A DNA stretch of 64,000 bases from an uncultured Phycisphaerales bacterium (GTDB lineage Bacteria > Planctomycetota > Phycisphaerae > Tepidisphaerales > Tepidisphaeraceae): NCBI GenBank assembly GCA_963792535.1, contig CAWBWQ010000001.1, positions 480,001 through 544,000 of the forward strand. Direction: 5' to 3'. Both the position numbers and the translations under genes were made by a program. Shown here piece after piece: positions 61,576 through 64,000 of this stretch (its first letter is position 1; each line of letters starts with the position of its first letter). The notes under the pieces are model-generated. The model was given only the letters and a program-made list of their open reading frames with translations, made no database searches and was not told the origin of the DNA.

Positions 61576-62715
61576 ATGATTACCTGCATGAATCGCTTTT
61601 ATCGGACCAGTGTTTTTGGCCTGCTTTTGACGGTTGGACTCGTGCAGGGGTGCGCCTCTGCTCCTGAACGGATGGCGAAAACATCGCCGCCGTCGATGGC
61701 AGTCGTGGTGCCCGCGCCGTTTCCGGTGCCAATTGTGGAATTACGTGGATCGAGCGATCAGATCGGGCGGCAACATGCAGTTCAGCTGGCGGATTCTGTC
61801 CGTTACCTCCACGATCATTATCTGACTGTCTTCGTCGGAGGGATGGCGCGTCGGTTTGTTGCACTATCTGAAGCAAACCTGTTCGAGGCGCGTCTGCGAC
61901 CCGAACATCGCGACGAAATTCACGCCTTGGCACTGGGTACCCATATCGATGAACGCGAAACGATGCTCGGGCAATGTTTCCTGGACATGGCTCAACTTTC
62001 CGCTTGTTCAACCATCGCATTGCCCGCTGCCGCCTCGCCGGACCATGTTGCCCGGTTCGGGCGCAACCTTGATTTCTGGTCACTGAATGTTGCAGATCGA
62101 TTTTCGACGGTTTTTATCGTTCATCCTGATGATGGTCGAAACGCGTATATGGCGGTTGGTTGGCCGGGGATGATCGGCGTGTTGTCCGGCATGAATCAGC
62201 AGGGCCTTTGCCTGGCGAGCATGGAGGTGCCTCGAAACCCGCGCTTTCCCACGGCGATGCCTTATACATTGCTATATCGCACAGTTCTCGAGCGATGTTC
62301 GAATGTGGAGCAGGCGGTGGCTTTTCTGCAGACAGCCCCACGCCAGACAGCCAACAACCTCATGCTGATGGACGCTGATGGCACGCGAGCGGTCGTTGAA
62401 ATTACGCCTGAGGCGATTCATGTGCGCTGGGGAACCGATGGTTCGGCGCTGGTCAGTACAAACCACCAGCGTGATCAGGATGCTGATAAACCAGGTCTAT
62501 GCAGTCGATACGATTATCTGCATGACCAGAGCAGGTCGAGTTTTGGACAGATTGACATGTCAACGGTGCAGGGAATGCTGGCGCGGGTGGGAAGCCATGG
62601 GACATTGCAGTCCATGGTTTTTGAGCCATCCAACCGCGTCGTCTATTTATCGACAGGCACGGGAGCCGCGATGAAGAAGTTCTCGCGGCTTGACCTGAAG
62701 CCATACTTCAAATGA
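61576..62715 (+). CDS. C45 family Ntn-hydrolase/acyltransferase lipoprotein
   Basis: LVQGC lipobox, ACST nucleophile site, GRNLDF, GVLSGMNQQGL, TNH, TLQSMVFEP. Confidence 0.88.
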   Translation: MITCMNRFYRTSVFGLLLTVGLVQGCASAPERMAKTSPPSMAVVVPAPFPVPIVELRGSSDQIGRQHAVQLADSVRYLHDHYLTVFVGGMARRFVALSEANLFEARLRPEHRDEIHALALGTHIDERETMLGQCFLDMAQLSACSTIALPAAASPDHVARFGRNLDFWSLNVADRFSTVFIVHPDDGRNAYMAVGWPGMIGVLSGMNQQGLCLASMEVPRNPRFPTAMPYTLLYRTVLERCSNVEQAVAFLQTAPRQTANNLMLMDADGTRAVVEITPEAIHVRWGTDGSALVSTNHQRDQDADKPGLCSRYDYLHDQSRSSFGQIDMSTVQGMLARVGSHGTLQSMVFEPSNRVVYLSTGTGAAMKKFSRLDLKPYFK

Positions 62716-62748
62716 GTACGGCACCCGCAGAGCGAGTTCCAACCGGGT

Positions 62749-62970
62749 TTACTTCTGGCGAAAGATGATGCGACCCTTGGTCAAATCGTAAGGGGACAAT
62801 TCGACCTTTACGCGATCACCCGGAAGGATGCGGATAAAATGCTTGCGCATTTTTCCCGAAACAATTCCCAGAATTTCGCGCTCGGAATTGTCCAGTTTCA
62901 GCTTGAACATAGCATTCGGCAACGCCAGTGTGACAACGGCTTCAAGTTCGATCGGCTCAGATTTGGCCAC
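62749..62970 (-). CDS. infA: Translation initiation factor IF-1
   Basis: GTG start with [45 protein letters not shown]. Confidence 0.98.
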   Translation of the reverse strand: MAKSEPIELEAVVTLALPNAMFKLKLDNSEREILGIVSGKMRKHFIRILPGDRVKVELSPYDLTKGRIIFRQK

Positions 62971-63140
62971 AAATACCTCGTATAAACTGCGGATCCCACC
63001 CAGAAAATGGGTGTGGCTCCTCATTGTACGACGCCCGCAGGGTGCGAACAAGCGCAGGCAGCGGGTTAATGCTTTAAGCGGCAGAGTATTGTCTGACAGA
63101 TGCTGACGATTTAGACACTCGGCGGTAGGCCGGTAACACC

Positions 63141-64000
63141 TTAAGGATTCAGCACGACTTTAATACAACCTTCCTGCTTGTCCCGGAAAGTTTTATACAG
63201 CGACGGCGCATCCTTGAGAGGCGCTTTGTGTGTAATGACAAACGATGGATCGATCTCGCCATTTTCTATTTTGTCCATCAGTGGCTTCAGGTAGCGATGA
63301 ACATGTGTCTGACCGCTGCGCATCGTCAGCCCCTTATTGACAAAAGCGCCCATCGGAAATTTGTCTACAAATCCTAAATATACTCCAGGCACTGACACAG
63401 TCCCGGCATTTCGGCAGCAGTAAACAGCTTGCCGCAGCGCGTGCGGCCGATCGGTGCCTAGAAACATTTTGACCTTGGCAGCATCCATGACCGCGTCAAA
63501 ACTACCGTGGCCGTGTGCTTCAGCGCCGACCGCATCAATGCACCGATCGGGACCGCGCCCGCTGGTCATCTCCTGCAGCCGATCGTAGACAGATTCTTCC
63601 ATAAAATTAATCGTTTCCGCGCGCCCCTGATTTCGCGCCATCGCCAGTCGCTCGGGAACAGTGTCGATCGCAATTACGCGACCTGCGCCGAACATCCACG
63701 CACTTTGAATTGCAAATTGCGCAACCGGCCCGCACCCCCAAACCGCGACTGTATCACCCGGTTCAATCCCGGCGTTTTCCGCGCCCATGTATCCGGTAGG
63801 GAAAATATCGGTCAAAAACAAAACCTGTTCATCGCTGAGACCTTCTGGAACCGGATAGGCACCGAAATCCGCGTACGGGACGCGTGCATATTCAGCCTGG
63901 CCGCCGGCGAAACCACCCAGCATGTGCGAATAGCCGAACAATCCTGATGGAGAATGCCCCATCATCTTTTCCGCCATTTTTGCGTTGGGGTTGGAGCGCT
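63141..64000 (-). CDS. Zinc-dependent alcohol/formaldehyde dehydrogenase (FDH-like); 5' end outside the window
   Basis: [52 protein letters not shown]. Confidence 0.92.
   Translation of the reverse strand, partial: RSNPNAKMAEKMMGHSPSGLFGYSHMLGGFAGGQAEYARVPYADFGAYPVPEGLSDEQVLFLTDIFPTGYMGAENAGIEPGDTVAVWGCGPVAQFAIQSAWMFGAGRVIAIDTVPERLAMARNQGRAETINFMEESVYDRLQEMTSGRGPDRCIDAVGAEAHGHGSFDAVMDAAKVKMFLGTDRPHALRQAVYCCRNAGTVSVPGVYLGFVDKFPMGAFVNKGLTMRSGQTHVHRYLKPLMDKIENGEIDPSFVITHKAPLKDAPSLYKTFRDKQEGCIKVVLNP

Noticed and set aside
1..64000. tRNA/rRNA genes, IS elements, prophage or defence island
   Set aside because: No cloverleaf or rRNA-like segments, transposases, integrases or defence domains recognised by eye. 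tRNAscan-SE, Infernal and DefenseFinder would confirm this.

Overview
Core-genome region of a moderately GC-rich bacterium. Gene content (MTRETKIGLL-type membrane protein after rsmH, a DUF1559-like C-terminal domain, alpha2-type GlyRS, many uncharacterised secreted or lipoproteins) suggests Planctomycetota, probably Phycisphaerae; this is inference only. The window holds housekeeping genes (rsmH, hisD-hisC-hisB, rpsO-pnp, mrp/apbC, hsp20-lon-yidD, pyrF, ndk, rpsT, glyQS, rdgB, argD, gmd-fcl, pstB-phoU, infA), an HK-RR-RR/GGDEF signalling operon, and a YqiJ-like/flotillin pair followed by two unrelated K+ channels. It also has a GT9 gene directly followed by a flavin-dependent halogenase-like gene, a GT-C/TPR protein and a DUF3524 (GTDC1/QTMAN-like) protein. 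I found no rRNA, tRNA, CRISPR array, transposase or phage gene. The most striking pattern is about 21 apparent frameshifts, including in essential genes. They fall at or next to GCGC (16 with GCGC visible, 5 where the simplest repair creates GCGC). This most likely reflects a host GCGC methylation system causing systematic long-read basecalling errors, not real pseudogenes. Other notable items are two palindromic 7-mer repeat arrays just upstream of ribosome-binding sites, a candidate structured rpsO/pnp leader, and two small membrane peptides missed by the ORF track.
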